IMG/VR virus record: IMGVR_UViG_3300048579_000117
Location: 1-52,829 of that record
Direction: 5' to 3' (one strand)
Length of the DNA stretch: 52,829 nucleotides
DNA from: a virus
The notes under the pieces were generated by a model, which saw nothing but the letters and a program-made list of their open reading frames with translations, was not told where the DNA came from and made no database searches. The position numbers were made by a program, and so were the translations under genes. This document shows positions 15,327 to 22,736 of this stretch, one piece after another (within the stretch, counting starts at the first letter, position 1; every line of letters starts with the position of its first letter).

Positions 15327-15634
15327 GCGTCACCTCCGGCGATGTCCTCAATCCGCACGACCTTGATCCCCAGCCGGTGCGCGACATGCACTTCGAGGTG
15401 TGCGCCCTTGCTGTTCTCCCAGCCGGGCAACATTGCAATCGTGTCGCAGTCGCACAGGGCCTTGATGTCGGCGCGCAGGCACTCTTCCCACGATAGTTCG
15501 GTGTCGGCGTTGATCTCGGCCGGATTCACCGCCTCGATGCCTTGGGCACGCAGCTTTTCCGCGGCGGCGTGGAAGGCGGGGAAGTTGTGATTGGGCAGTC
15601 CGGACATGGGACCGCTGATGTAGATGCGCTTCAT
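15323..15634 (-). CDS. DUF4406 (nucleoside 2-deoxyribosyltransferase-like fold) protein
   Basis: MKRIYISGPMSGLPNHNFPAFHAAAEKLRAQGIEAVNPAE and the later ...MLPGWENSKGAHLEVHVA match the DUF4406 pattern. ATGA coupled on both sides. Confidence 0.7.
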   Translation of the reverse strand: MKRIYISGPMSGLPNHNFPAFHAAAEKLRAQGIEAVNPAEINADTELSWEECLRADIKALCDCDTIAMLPGWENSKGAHLEVHVAHRLGIKVVRIEDIAGGDA

Positions 15635-16509
15635 GCGGGCTGCCCTTCTTGCTGGTGCTGAACGCCCTGCGCGTATTCGTAGCGATCCAGGCTGATGACA
15701 AATCGCAGCGCCATGGCAGCCGTCTGAATGGCCTCGGTGCGCACTTCGTCATGGCTCGACTTGTGGGGCTCGTAGGTGGTCTGCAGAGTGGCTTTCGTGA
15801 GTTCGCCGAACTCCTCTCCGAGTACCGCCAGCGCGTGAAGCGGATCGGTCGGCCAGGTCGGGAACTTGATGACGGCGCGGCGGAGTTCGTCGAGGATCAG
15901 CGCGATCGGGCCATCGTTCCAGCACTCCGGATCGGCGCACTGCGGGCCGGCGTGGTTGCCGTCGCACTTCGCGGCTGCCAGTGCGCTGGAATGGTCAGGC
16001 GCTGCGGGGTTGGCGTTGCGATGTCCGACCGCGCCGTCCTGCTGCACGGTGTCAGCGATGGTGAAGTGTCGCGGGCTCTTGTCGGCGTGCTGGGCGCGCA
16101 GTTGGGCGACGATGGGTGTCAGTTCCTCGACCAGCCCGCGGTAGCCAGAACCGTTGTAGGCGCGGTCGTCGATCAGCTTCCCTGCAGCCTGGGCGTCGAC
16201 GATGATCGCGATGCAGGCGAGCACGTTGCCCAGATGCGGCACGCCGCTGTCCGGCGCCACCGGCTCACCTTCGAACCAGGCGTCGAGGTGCCGCTTCGCG
16301 GCGTCGACGTAGATCGATGCACGGACACCGGCCTCGCGCCAGTTCGTGCGACCGTACTTCAGCATGCCTTCAGCAAGGGCCACGCAGCCCAGTGCGGACG
16401 CGGTGGTCGGCCACAGGTGCAGCGGCAGCTTGTTGGTCCCGATCGCGTCCTTCGGGTTGGTGGGTTTGGTGCCGGCTTCGGCGGGCAGGCGGTTCTCTGT
16501 TGTGGTCAT
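15631..16509 (-). CDS. Two-domain all-alpha dNTP pyrophosphohydrolase (dATP/dGTP diphosphohydrolase N-domain plus MazG-like domain)
   Basis: N-half: KLPLHLWP...MLKYGRTNWREAG...YVDAAKRHLDAWFEGE...DSGVPHLGNVLACIAII. C-half: ILDELRRAV...HALAVLGEEFGELTKA...EVRTEAIQTAAMALRFV. Start ATG 16509 is TGATG-coupled. The upstream part of the 439-aa track ORF is junk. Confidence 0.7.
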   Translation of the reverse strand: MTTTENRLPAEAGTKPTNPKDAIGTNKLPLHLWPTTASALGCVALAEGMLKYGRTNWREAGVRASIYVDAAKRHLDAWFEGEPVAPDSGVPHLGNVLACIAIIVDAQAAGKLIDDRAYNGSGYRGLVEELTPIVAQLRAQHADKSPRHFTIADTVQQDGAVGHRNANPAAPDHSSALAAAKCDGNHAGPQCADPECWNDGPIALILDELRRAVIKFPTWPTDPLHALAVLGEEFGELTKATLQTTYEPHKSSHDEVRTEAIQTAAMALRFVISLDRYEYAQGVQHQQEGQPA

Positions 16510-16862
16510 CACGCACCGCTCCGGCTGAACATCAGCGAGAGAATCGAGCGCGCTTTCTTGTCCGGCTCCGGCTGCGGGACGTGGGGCTCTGCTGCCTTGG
16601 CGACTTGATCTTCGGGGATGCCCAGCATGCGGCAGCAGACGGCCTTCACCTGCGTACTCAGATCCGGACCCATATCGGCCCAGTCCATGCAGTGCACAGC
16701 GCGCAGGGCTTCGTAGTCTCGCCCTGCGAGGTGTTCCTTGCGGCCAACGGTTGCTGCGACCGCGTCCAGGGTGCAGATGTTGAAATGCTTCTCCCTGAAC
16801 ATGCGGAGCACAGCCGCTGAAGCGGCGGCGGCCTGGAAGTCGGTGATGGGTGGCGTGGTCAT
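16509..16862 (-). CDS. Hypothetical protein (117 aa)
   Basis: Coupled overlaps at both ends. Coding composition. Confidence 0.65.
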   Translation of the reverse strand: MTTPPITDFQAAAASAAVLRMFREKHFNICTLDAVAATVGRKEHLAGRDYEALRAVHCMDWADMGPDLSTQVKAVCCRMLGIPEDQVAKAAEPHVPQPEPDKKARSILSLMFSRSGA

Positions 16863-17629
16863 GCTGCGCGGGGCTCCTCGAACAGGCCGAACTGCACGGG
16901 CGCAGGCGCGGGCCGCGGTTCGGTGGTGATGGGTTGGGGGTGTGCTTCATCGGGCCGGTGACGCTGCCGCAGCCGGTGCGACCAGCCGAACATGACGTGC
17001 GCCGGCGTGTACCAGCGCTCGCGCTCTTCCAGCGTCAGGGTGTTGCCGGTGACGACCACGGCGGGCACGCCCAGCAGCGCCAGCTGCACGTAGGTCATGC
17101 GCGCGGCCTTGGCGTCGATGTCCTGGGCGGTGGCGTGCATGCGCAGCGGCACGGCGATGTCCTGCTGCGCGAGGTATTCGGCCGCAGCGATGAGCATGGC
17201 GCCGCCGCCGGTGGCCGGGTCGAGCACGGTGATGAAGCCGTCGCGCTCGATGCGCTGGCGTGCGTCCTGCAGCGTCATGGCGGCCATCGCCTGGCACAGG
17301 TGGTAGGGGGTGAAGAACTGCCCGGCCCACTTGTTGCCCAGTTCCAGTTCCATGAAAACGCTGCCGAGCACGTCGTCGTGCCCGCCGGTGTGGAAGCACA
17401 GTTGCAGCGCGCCCAGCGCGTGGGCGAAGCGCTCGACCTCGTCGGTGCGGTACCGGCCCACGATGCGCATGTACTCCGCTTCGCGTTCGTCGCGCTGGCG
17501 CAGGTCGACGGTGTTGCTCAGGGCGATGGCGCACATGCCGACGAAGTCGGACCAGACCGACCACAGGTCGTGCCGGTGGGTGTTGGCGCGCAGGGCCTTC
17601 ATAAGGTCTTTGCGGTGCTGGTGCTTCAT
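16859..17629 (-). CDS. N6-adenine-methylase-like SAM-binding protein lacking the (D/N)PP(Y/F) catalytic motif
   Basis: Has HsdM/gamma-class motifs GQFFTPYHLCQAM, VLDPATGGGAML, AQDIDAKAARMTYVQLALLGV and VVTGNTL, but ends without NPPF/NPPY. ATGA start at 17629. Confidence 0.7.
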   Translation of the reverse strand: MKHQHRKDLMKALRANTHRHDLWSVWSDFVGMCAIALSNTVDLRQRDEREAEYMRIVGRYRTDEVERFAHALGALQLCFHTGGHDDVLGSVFMELELGNKWAGQFFTPYHLCQAMAAMTLQDARQRIERDGFITVLDPATGGGAMLIAAAEYLAQQDIAVPLRMHATAQDIDAKAARMTYVQLALLGVPAVVVTGNTLTLEERERWYTPAHVMFGWSHRLRQRHRPDEAHPQPITTEPRPAPAPVQFGLFEEPRAA

Positions 17630-17976
17630 TCCGCGCGCCCCTCTGGGGCGCATACCGTCCAGCCGCTGGCGCGCAGCAGCTTCGCGGCGGCGCGCTCAGC
17701 GGCGCTTACGCCGGCTGTCCAGCCCTGGCTGCAGTCGTGACACACGCGACCGCTTTTCACGTGATGCTTGAGCAGGCCCCAAACGGCCTTGCTTTCGATG
17801 CCGGCTCGCTCACACAGGGCGACGGTCGATATCGGTTGCTGCGCGTCGATGATGTCGAGCAGCGTCTGCGTGATGCCGGTGCCCGCCCGCGCCATGTGCG
17901 CTGTGCGCGGCGATGGCGGTACATCGGGGGCTCGGTGTTCGGCCCATGTGACGAAGTCGCTCAGTGCGTTGCTCAT
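17626..17976 (-). CDS. Hypothetical winged-helix-like protein (116 aa)
   Basis: Coupled overlaps. Segment QQPISTVALCERAGIESKAVWGLLKHHVKSGRV looks like a wHTH. Confidence 0.6.
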   Translation of the reverse strand: MSNALSDFVTWAEHRAPDVPPSPRTAHMARAGTGITQTLLDIIDAQQPISTVALCERAGIESKAVWGLLKHHVKSGRVCHDCSQGWTAGVSAAERAAAKLLRASGWTVCAPEGRAE

Positions 17977-18422
17977 GCCGCCTTCTCCCTCTGCTGCCGC
18001 GCCCGTTCCTCATGCCGCATCTGCACCATGCGCCGGTAGGCCAGCCGGAACAGCTCGCCCGACTGCGCCGACCAGAACCGGATGGCGGTATCAGCCAGCA
18101 GCACGAGGGCGGCGGATTCATCGCCGCTGACGCCCCACTTGCCGGTGCGCAGTTCGCGGTCGTGGATGTTCAGGATGGCGATCTCGGCCGCCTTGCAGAC
18201 CTCGACCACGCCCGCGACCGGGCGCGTGGCCATGCTGTTGGCGAGCGCAAGCAGGTCGTGCGTGTCGCACAGGTCAAGGAAATGGTCCTTGCCCGCAAAC
18301 CCGCCACGGAAGGCGCTCACGCTCATGCGCAGGCGCGTCTCGTATCGGTGGTCGAGGCTGATGCACACGATGCCGGGCGGCTGCGCGGCACGGTGCTTGA
18401 TGTGGGCGCCGCGCTTTCTCAT
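17973..18422 (-). CDS. Hypothetical protein (149 aa)
   Basis: ATGA start at 18422. The upstream part of the track ORF looks noncoding. Confidence 0.6.
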   Translation of the reverse strand: MRKRGAHIKHRAAQPPGIVCISLDHRYETRLRMSVSAFRGGFAGKDHFLDLCDTHDLLALANSMATRPVAGVVEVCKAAEIAILNIHDRELRTGKWGVSGDESAALVLLADTAIRFWSAQSGELFRLAYRRMVQMRHEERARQQREKAA

Positions 18423-18817
18423 CGCGCGGCCCCGATCAATGCCGCCATCAGCGGTTCCATCTTCGGCGGTCGCGCAGCCAGCCGGCGCGCCTTCATGCGG
18501 TTCAACTGGGCCGCGAACAGGTCGGGGTGAGCAGCGCGCCAGCGGCGCGTGCATTCGGCCTTGGTGATCGGCTTCGGGCGCGGCGCGTCTTTACCCTCAC
18601 CCCATGCATAGACCGGCGCCGGCATGCCGTTGCTGGCATAGCGCCGCCACTCGACGATATGCGTCAGGTGCTGCGCGTGCCAGCGCGTCAGCGTGACGTG
18701 CGCCGCTGATCTGCAGATGCGGCTGTCCGCCTCCCACACGTCGCGCGCGCTCAGGCGCTCGCCGCGCTGCAGGCGTTCGCGTGCGGCGGTGAGGGCGGGG
18801 CTCAGGGGCTGGGCCAT
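18419..18817 (-). CDS. Hypothetical protein (132 aa)
   Basis: GAGGAG RBS before ATG 18817. ATGA coupling downstream. Confidence 0.6.
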   Translation of the reverse strand: MAQPLSPALTAARERLQRGERLSARDVWEADSRICRSAAHVTLTRWHAQHLTHIVEWRRYASNGMPAPVYAWGEGKDAPRPKPITKAECTRRWRAAHPDLFAAQLNRMKARRLAARPPKMEPLMAALIGAAR

Positions 18818-18819
18818 GG

Positions 18820-19110
18820 TCAGGCTCCTCGGCGGCGATACAGCCGCACGATGTACGGGTGCGCGCGCATCGCGCTGACGATGCCCAGCGGGCCGCCAGC
18901 GAGGCACGCGACGATTGCGATTCCCCCAGCGTCGGGCGCCATCTTGAACAGCACCAGGTTGCTGGCGCCGATGCCGAGCGAGGTGATGAAGGCGGCCCGG
19001 TAGTGGCCGCCATTGACGTTCAGGCTCTGCAGCCCGAGCGCGAACACCAGCACGTAGGTGCTGGCGAAGAGCCAGGCGGCCGTGGTGAGGGTGTCCGCGC
19101 TCGCGCTCAC
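18820..19110 (-). CDS. Membrane protein with 3 predicted TM helices (96 aa)
   Basis: GTGA start at 19110. Hydrophobic segments AAWLFASTYVLVFALGL, AAFITSLGIGASNLVLF and IAIVACLAGGPLGIV. Confidence 0.6.
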   Translation of the reverse strand: MSASADTLTTAAWLFASTYVLVFALGLQSLNVNGGHYRAAFITSLGIGASNLVLFKMAPDAGGIAIVACLAGGPLGIVSAMRAHPYIVRLYRRRGA

Positions 19111-19949
19111 GATGCGAACGGGTTGCCGTTTGTGATGGGCAGGCCGGTGCCTTCGGCGATCGCCGCCCAGACTTCCTTGGTGGCGTGCTCGATGACCTTG
19201 TGCGGGCGCTCCAGCTCGTACCACATGGAAAGCTGTCCGCCGTCGTTGATGCGGTAGCGCAAGCGCGCGTCGATCCGGTACTTGTCGCCGCCCTCGAACA
19301 CCGGGATGGCGATGCCGAAGCGCTCCGGAATATCGATCGTTCCCTTGCCGGCCGTGCCCTTCGTCTCTTCGTTGAAGGTGAATTGCACGTCGCCGTTGTC
19401 CAGGCGCACGCCGCTGGAAAAGCTGACCGACTTCTTCGCCTCCAGCGTGCGGCTTACCGCCAGCACCTCCGCCGCACTCGGATCGACGATGTCCAGCAGG
19501 TTGTCTTCGATGAAGCGGGCGAAGTCGACCTGGGTCTTGGCCTTGGCGTTGTTCGCCGGGTTGGTCCAGGTGAGCCATTCCGGGCTGAGCGGGCAGGCGT
19601 AGGTGGCTTTGTGCTCGCGCCACGCAGCGGCCTTCGGCGCATGGTCGTCGATTACAGCGATGAAGCTGGGCTTGTCGCCCATGCTGCCGTACAGCGACGT
19701 CACGTCGGTCTTGTACTTGTTGATGTAGGCGATGAAGCTGTCGGCCGCATTGATGGCAACCGTCGCGCGGGTGCGCAAGGGGTTGAGCAGCGTGTCTTCG
19801 AGCTTCTTGACACTGTGGTCGTCGGGGATGACGACGAACGGGATGTCACCAGTATTGACGCGCTTCGGCTCGCTGATCGCCATGCCGACCGTAGCGGCCA
19901 AGGCGACGACGTCTGCCACGGTTCCGCTCGGTGTGTCTTGAGCTTGCAT
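19107..19949 (-). CDS. DUF2303 (YfdQ-like) protein
   Basis: 280 aa. Pattern FIAYINKYK..., PEWLTW..., FARFIEDN..., RLRYRI... is typical of prophage YfdQ/DUF2303 proteins. Confidence 0.75.
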   Translation of the reverse strand: MQAQDTPSGTVADVVALAATVGMAISEPKRVNTGDIPFVVIPDDHSVKKLEDTLLNPLRTRATVAINAADSFIAYINKYKTDVTSLYGSMGDKPSFIAVIDDHAPKAAAWREHKATYACPLSPEWLTWTNPANNAKAKTQVDFARFIEDNLLDIVDPSAAEVLAVSRTLEAKKSVSFSSGVRLDNGDVQFTFNEETKGTAGKGTIDIPERFGIAIPVFEGGDKYRIDARLRYRINDGGQLSMWYELERPHKVIEHATKEVWAAIAEGTGLPITNGNPFAS

Positions 19950-19984
19950 GAATTTGACTCCGTGAAGTGGGAGGATGGAAGGGC

Positions 19985-20332
19985 TTAGCCAGCAGCGCGC
20001 ACGTCGCGCACGGGCTTCTCAGGGGCGGCATCCACGCTGCGGATGCCTTCCAGTTCGCCCTGGCGCGGGTCGTTCTGCTGCAGGTTGTTGTCGGGCGTGG
20101 CGAAGAAGATCGAGACGCCGCGCTCGGGCTTCGGCAGGCGCAGGCTCACGTCGTCGAGCACTTCGATGTGGCCGCCCTTGCCGGGCTTGAGCTTGATCTT
20201 CAGCACCAGTTCGCCGGCGCGGCCGGTTTCGGTGCACGCCTTGGTGAGCCGGTTCAGTTCCTCGCTCAGTTCTTCGGCGAGGCCGCCGCGGCGGATGCCC
20301 CGCAGCGTGTCGGTGAAGGGTCGGATGGGCAT
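19985..20332 (-). CDS. Hypothetical protein (115 aa)
   Basis: AGGAGA RBS before ATG 20332. Only the C-terminal part of the 255-aa track ORF is plausible. Confidence 0.65.
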   Translation of the reverse strand: MPIRPFTDTLRGIRRGGLAEELSEELNRLTKACTETGRAGELVLKIKLKPGKGGHIEVLDDVSLRLPKPERGVSIFFATPDNNLQQNDPRQGELEGIRSVDAAPEKPVRDVRAAG

Positions 20333-20382
20333 GATTTCTCCTGTGGAGTGCGCTGCGGGTCGCGGCAGCGCGGCGCGTGAAG

Positions 20383-20670
20383 TCAGAAGTTCGTCGGCTG
20401 CGCGATGCCGCGAATCAGGGCCATGAAGCCGCGTTGCAGATCCGTCGCGCCGATGCTGATCCAGCGCTGATCGATGCTTGTGCAGGCGGGCGTGCTGTCG
20501 GTCGGCTCGGTCACGAACGGCACGCCGTTCGCGCCGGTCGCCGGCATTGCACGCAGCTTGGCGATGTACTCGCCGCACTTTCCCGCCAGCGCTTTGCCCT
20601 CGTTCATCAGTGCGATTTCCTCGGGCGACAGGTCGCGATAGCCCTTGATGTGCTGGTGCTGGTTGTCCAT
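20383..20670 (-). CDS. Small helical protein (95 aa), possibly Acb2-family cyclic-oligonucleotide sponge
   Basis: AAGGGA RBS before ATG 20670. N-terminus MDNQHQHIKGYRDLSPEEIALMNEGK places Tyr at residue 11 and Lys at residue 26. C-terminus DQRWISIGATDLQRGFMALIRGIAQPTNF. The family assignment is from memory only. Confidence 0.6.
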   Translation of the reverse strand: MDNQHQHIKGYRDLSPEEIALMNEGKALAGKCGEYIAKLRAMPATGANGVPFVTEPTDSTPACTSIDQRWISIGATDLQRGFMALIRGIAQPTNF

Positions 20671-20910
20671 TCGTTCGTTTCCCTTGTTGCCCACAGCGGC
20701 CCACCTGGAAGGGCAGGCCGCGCCGCTGCGGGGGTTCTCGGTGCTGCTGCACATGCCGCTTTCGCGGCGCTCGTAACGGGGGCGGTGACCAGGGCGGACG
20801 GCTGTCCCTTCACGTTCCTGTTGCGCGGCTCCCCCTGGCAGGTACGGCCCGCGCGTCATGCCTTCACCAGCGGCCGACTGCACCGCCTCGCCCCCTCTCA
20901 TGGATTCGGT

Positions 20911-21114
20911 TCAGTCGCTGCGAAACCCGTCCGGGTAGCGCTTCCGGGCCTGCGCGACGATCTTGTCGATGCGCTCGATGCTCGATCGCTCGTTCGCCTC
21001 CGGCTTCGTCCAGGCGCCGGCCGCGTCGAAGCGGTGCGCGACGGCCATGCGCAGCGCGATCGTGATGTCCAGCGGCAGCACGTTGGCCGGCTTCGGTAGG
21101 TGCTCGATGCTCAT
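20911..21114 (-). CDS. Hypothetical protein (67 aa)
   Basis: Compact ORF with coding composition in the early operon. Confidence 0.6.
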   Translation of the reverse strand: MSIEHLPKPANVLPLDITIALRMAVAHRFDAAGAWTKPEANERSSIERIDKIVAQARKRYPDGFRSD

Positions 21115-21124
21115 GGGCTGCGCC

Positions 21125-21319
21125 TCAGTTCTTCAGTGCGGCGGACACGTCGATGGCGTTCTGCGCCATGACGATGTCCGACAGGGCTTGCCATGCGACT
21201 GCGGGCAGCCACACGCCGGGGCGCTCGCCGTCGAGGTCGGTGCAGGGCTCGCCGCCCACGGTGGCGAGCAGTGCGGCGCTGTAGCGCTGGCGGTCGATGC
21301 CGGCGCTCATCGCATCCAT
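21125..21319 (-). CDS. Hypothetical protein (64 aa; alternative ATGA start at 21310)
   Basis: Only the C-terminal part of the 119-aa track ORF is non-junk. Confidence 0.5.
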   Translation of the reverse strand: MDAMSAGIDRQRYSAALLATVGGEPCTDLDGERPGVWLPAVAWQALSDIVMAQNAIDVSAALKN

Positions 21320-21582
21320 TCCCGGTTCGGTTCCCGCGCGACTGAGCGGCTGGCGATGTTCGTCTGCCGCACGTGCGGCGGCCGCGCCTGGCGCCTGCGC
21401 TCGATCAGGCCGCGGCGCGCTTCGTCCTGCAGGTCGCGGCCGGCGAAGTGCAGAGCGGTTTCGTCGCGGCGGTCGCCGGCCCATGCGGCGCCGATGATCC
21501 AGCCGATGGCAAGCGCCACCAGCAGCAGCGCAATCGTCGCAAAGAGGGTGAAACCCGAGGGTTCGAAGAGCGCGCTCAGCAT
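21307..21582 (-). CDS. Hypothetical membrane-anchored protein (91 aa)
   Basis: N-terminal TM FTLFATIALLLVALAIGWIIGAAW, then a charged tail. Confidence 0.6.
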   Translation of the reverse strand: MLSALFEPSGFTLFATIALLLVALAIGWIIGAAWAGDRRDETALHFAGRDLQDEARRGLIERRRQARPPHVRQTNIASRSVAREPNREWMR

Positions 21583-21803
21583 GGCCGTGCCCTCTCGATG
21601 CGGCGCACCGTCACGCGGCGCTCGATGCCCGCCAGTTCGCGTTCGGCGTCGGCGATGCGCTCCAGTGCATCGCGGCGCTTTTCCGCCGCGTCGCGCGCGC
21701 GTTCGCGGTGGTGACGGGCTTCAGCGTCGGCCAGCTTGCGGCGCGCCTGCTGCCGGCTGATCGTGAAGCGCAGCCGGGCTGCGCGCAGGGCGTTGATCAC
21801 CAT
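21576..21803 (-). CDS. Hypothetical coiled-coil, Arg-rich protein (75 aa)
   Basis: ATG 21803. Overlaps both neighbours by 7 nt. Confidence 0.5.
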   Translation of the reverse strand: MVINALRAARLRFTISRQQARRKLADAEARHHRERARDAAEKRRDALERIADAERELAGIERRVTVRRIERARPC

Positions 21804-22210
21804 GCGAAGTCCTCCTTCATCGGGTGGTACGGGTTGGGCGTGAAAGCACCGAAGCTCAGCCGGGCGTCGGTGCCGATGTCGGGCGCCAGCCGGCCGCCGC
21901 AGCGGACGGGCACGATGCTCGGGCGCTGCGTGCGCAGCGGGCGGAAGGGGAAGGCGGTGCGCGAGGCCACGTAAGCGGCTGGGCTCACGGCGTGCCACAC
22001 AAGGCCGCCGCCGCGGCGCTTGGGCTCGCTGCTGCGCGCGGATTTCACCAGGCGCCCTTCGCTGAGTTCGATGCACAGAGTGATGACGCCGCGCTGCGAC
22101 AGCCCGGTGAGGGTCGCCAGTTCGTTTGCGTTGAGGCCTTTGGCAGCCGCGCGGATGTGCTCCAGCACGGCCTGACGGTTCGCGGTGCGCTGGGCTTCGA
22201 GCCGGTTCAT
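21797..22210 (-). CDS. Winged-helix DNA-binding protein (137 aa)
   Basis: AVLEHIRAAAKGLNANELATLTGLSQRGVITLCIELSEGRLV is MarR/ArsR-like. ATGA coupled. Confidence 0.65.
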   Translation of the reverse strand: MNRLEAQRTANRQAVLEHIRAAAKGLNANELATLTGLSQRGVITLCIELSEGRLVKSARSSEPKRRGGGLVWHAVSPAAYVASRTAFPFRPLRTQRPSIVPVRCGGRLAPDIGTDARLSFGAFTPNPYHPMKEDFAW

Positions 22211-22506
22211 GCGCGCGCCCTTTCCGGTTCGGCCGGCAGCAGCACGATGCTGCCGTCGGTGGTGATGCCTACGTGGCCGGGCGGGTGGCCGTCTTCATTG
22301 AGCAGGTGGTTCATGTCCATCCACATCTGGGCGCGCTGGTCCGCGTCCCATGCGTCGCGGGCCAGACGCTCGTTCTCTGCTTCCAACTGGGCGCAGCGCG
22401 CCTCTACTTCGTCGATGCGCGCCGCCTGCTCTGCGCAGTGCGCCCGCAGGTGTTCGAGCAGCTGGTCGTTAAGGCGGCGCAGCAGCCGTCGCAGTGAGGT
22501 ATCCAT
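22207..22506 (-). CDS. Hypothetical coiled-coil protein (99 aa)
   Basis: Strong AGGAGG RBS before ATG 22506. The rest of the 368-aa track ORF is junk. Confidence 0.65.
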   Translation of the reverse strand: MDTSLRRLLRRLNDQLLEHLRAHCAEQAARIDEVEARCAQLEAENERLARDAWDADQRAQMWMDMNHLLNEDGHPPGHVGITTDGSIVLLPAEPERARA

Positions 22507-22517
22507 TCCCCAGCCTC

Positions 22518-22715
22518 CTAAATCAGTGCGATCTGTACGGTGACCGTCTGTCCGGAGCGCGCGGCCTGCTTGTGTCGGGCCCGCACCATCATGGTCAGGC
22601 ACTGCCAGACGAGGCCGCACTGCTGTGCGCGCTCGAATGTCCAGCCCTGACGCCACAGACCGCTGTCGCGGAATGCCTGGCGCATTTCCATGTTGGTGAC
22701 GCTGCCCGAGTCCAT
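22518..22715 (-). CDS. Hypothetical protein (65 aa)
   Basis: Short ORF between two better-supported genes. No clear RBS. Confidence 0.45.
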   Translation of the reverse strand: MDSGSVTNMEMRQAFRDSGLWRQGWTFERAQQCGLVWQCLTMMVRARHKQAARSGQTVTVQIALI

Positions 22716-22736
22716 GGCGGCGCGGTCCGGTGCGGG

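Noticed and set aside
13491-15590. 699-aa plus-strand ORF and 524-aa alternative minus frame (13552..15126) overlapping the C5 methyltransferase gene
   Set aside because: They are antisense or off-frame ORFs typical of high-GC DNA, with Arg/Ala/Gly/Pro-dominated translations. The methyltransferase frame carries all canonical motifs.
20671-20901. Longer versions of the Acb2-like ORF starting at 20754, 20859 or 20901
   Set aside because: The extension has mediocre GC3 (about 65%), Arg/Gly/Pro-rich content and weak RBS contexts. ATG 20670 has an AAGGGA RBS. This is kept as an open alternative in the findings.
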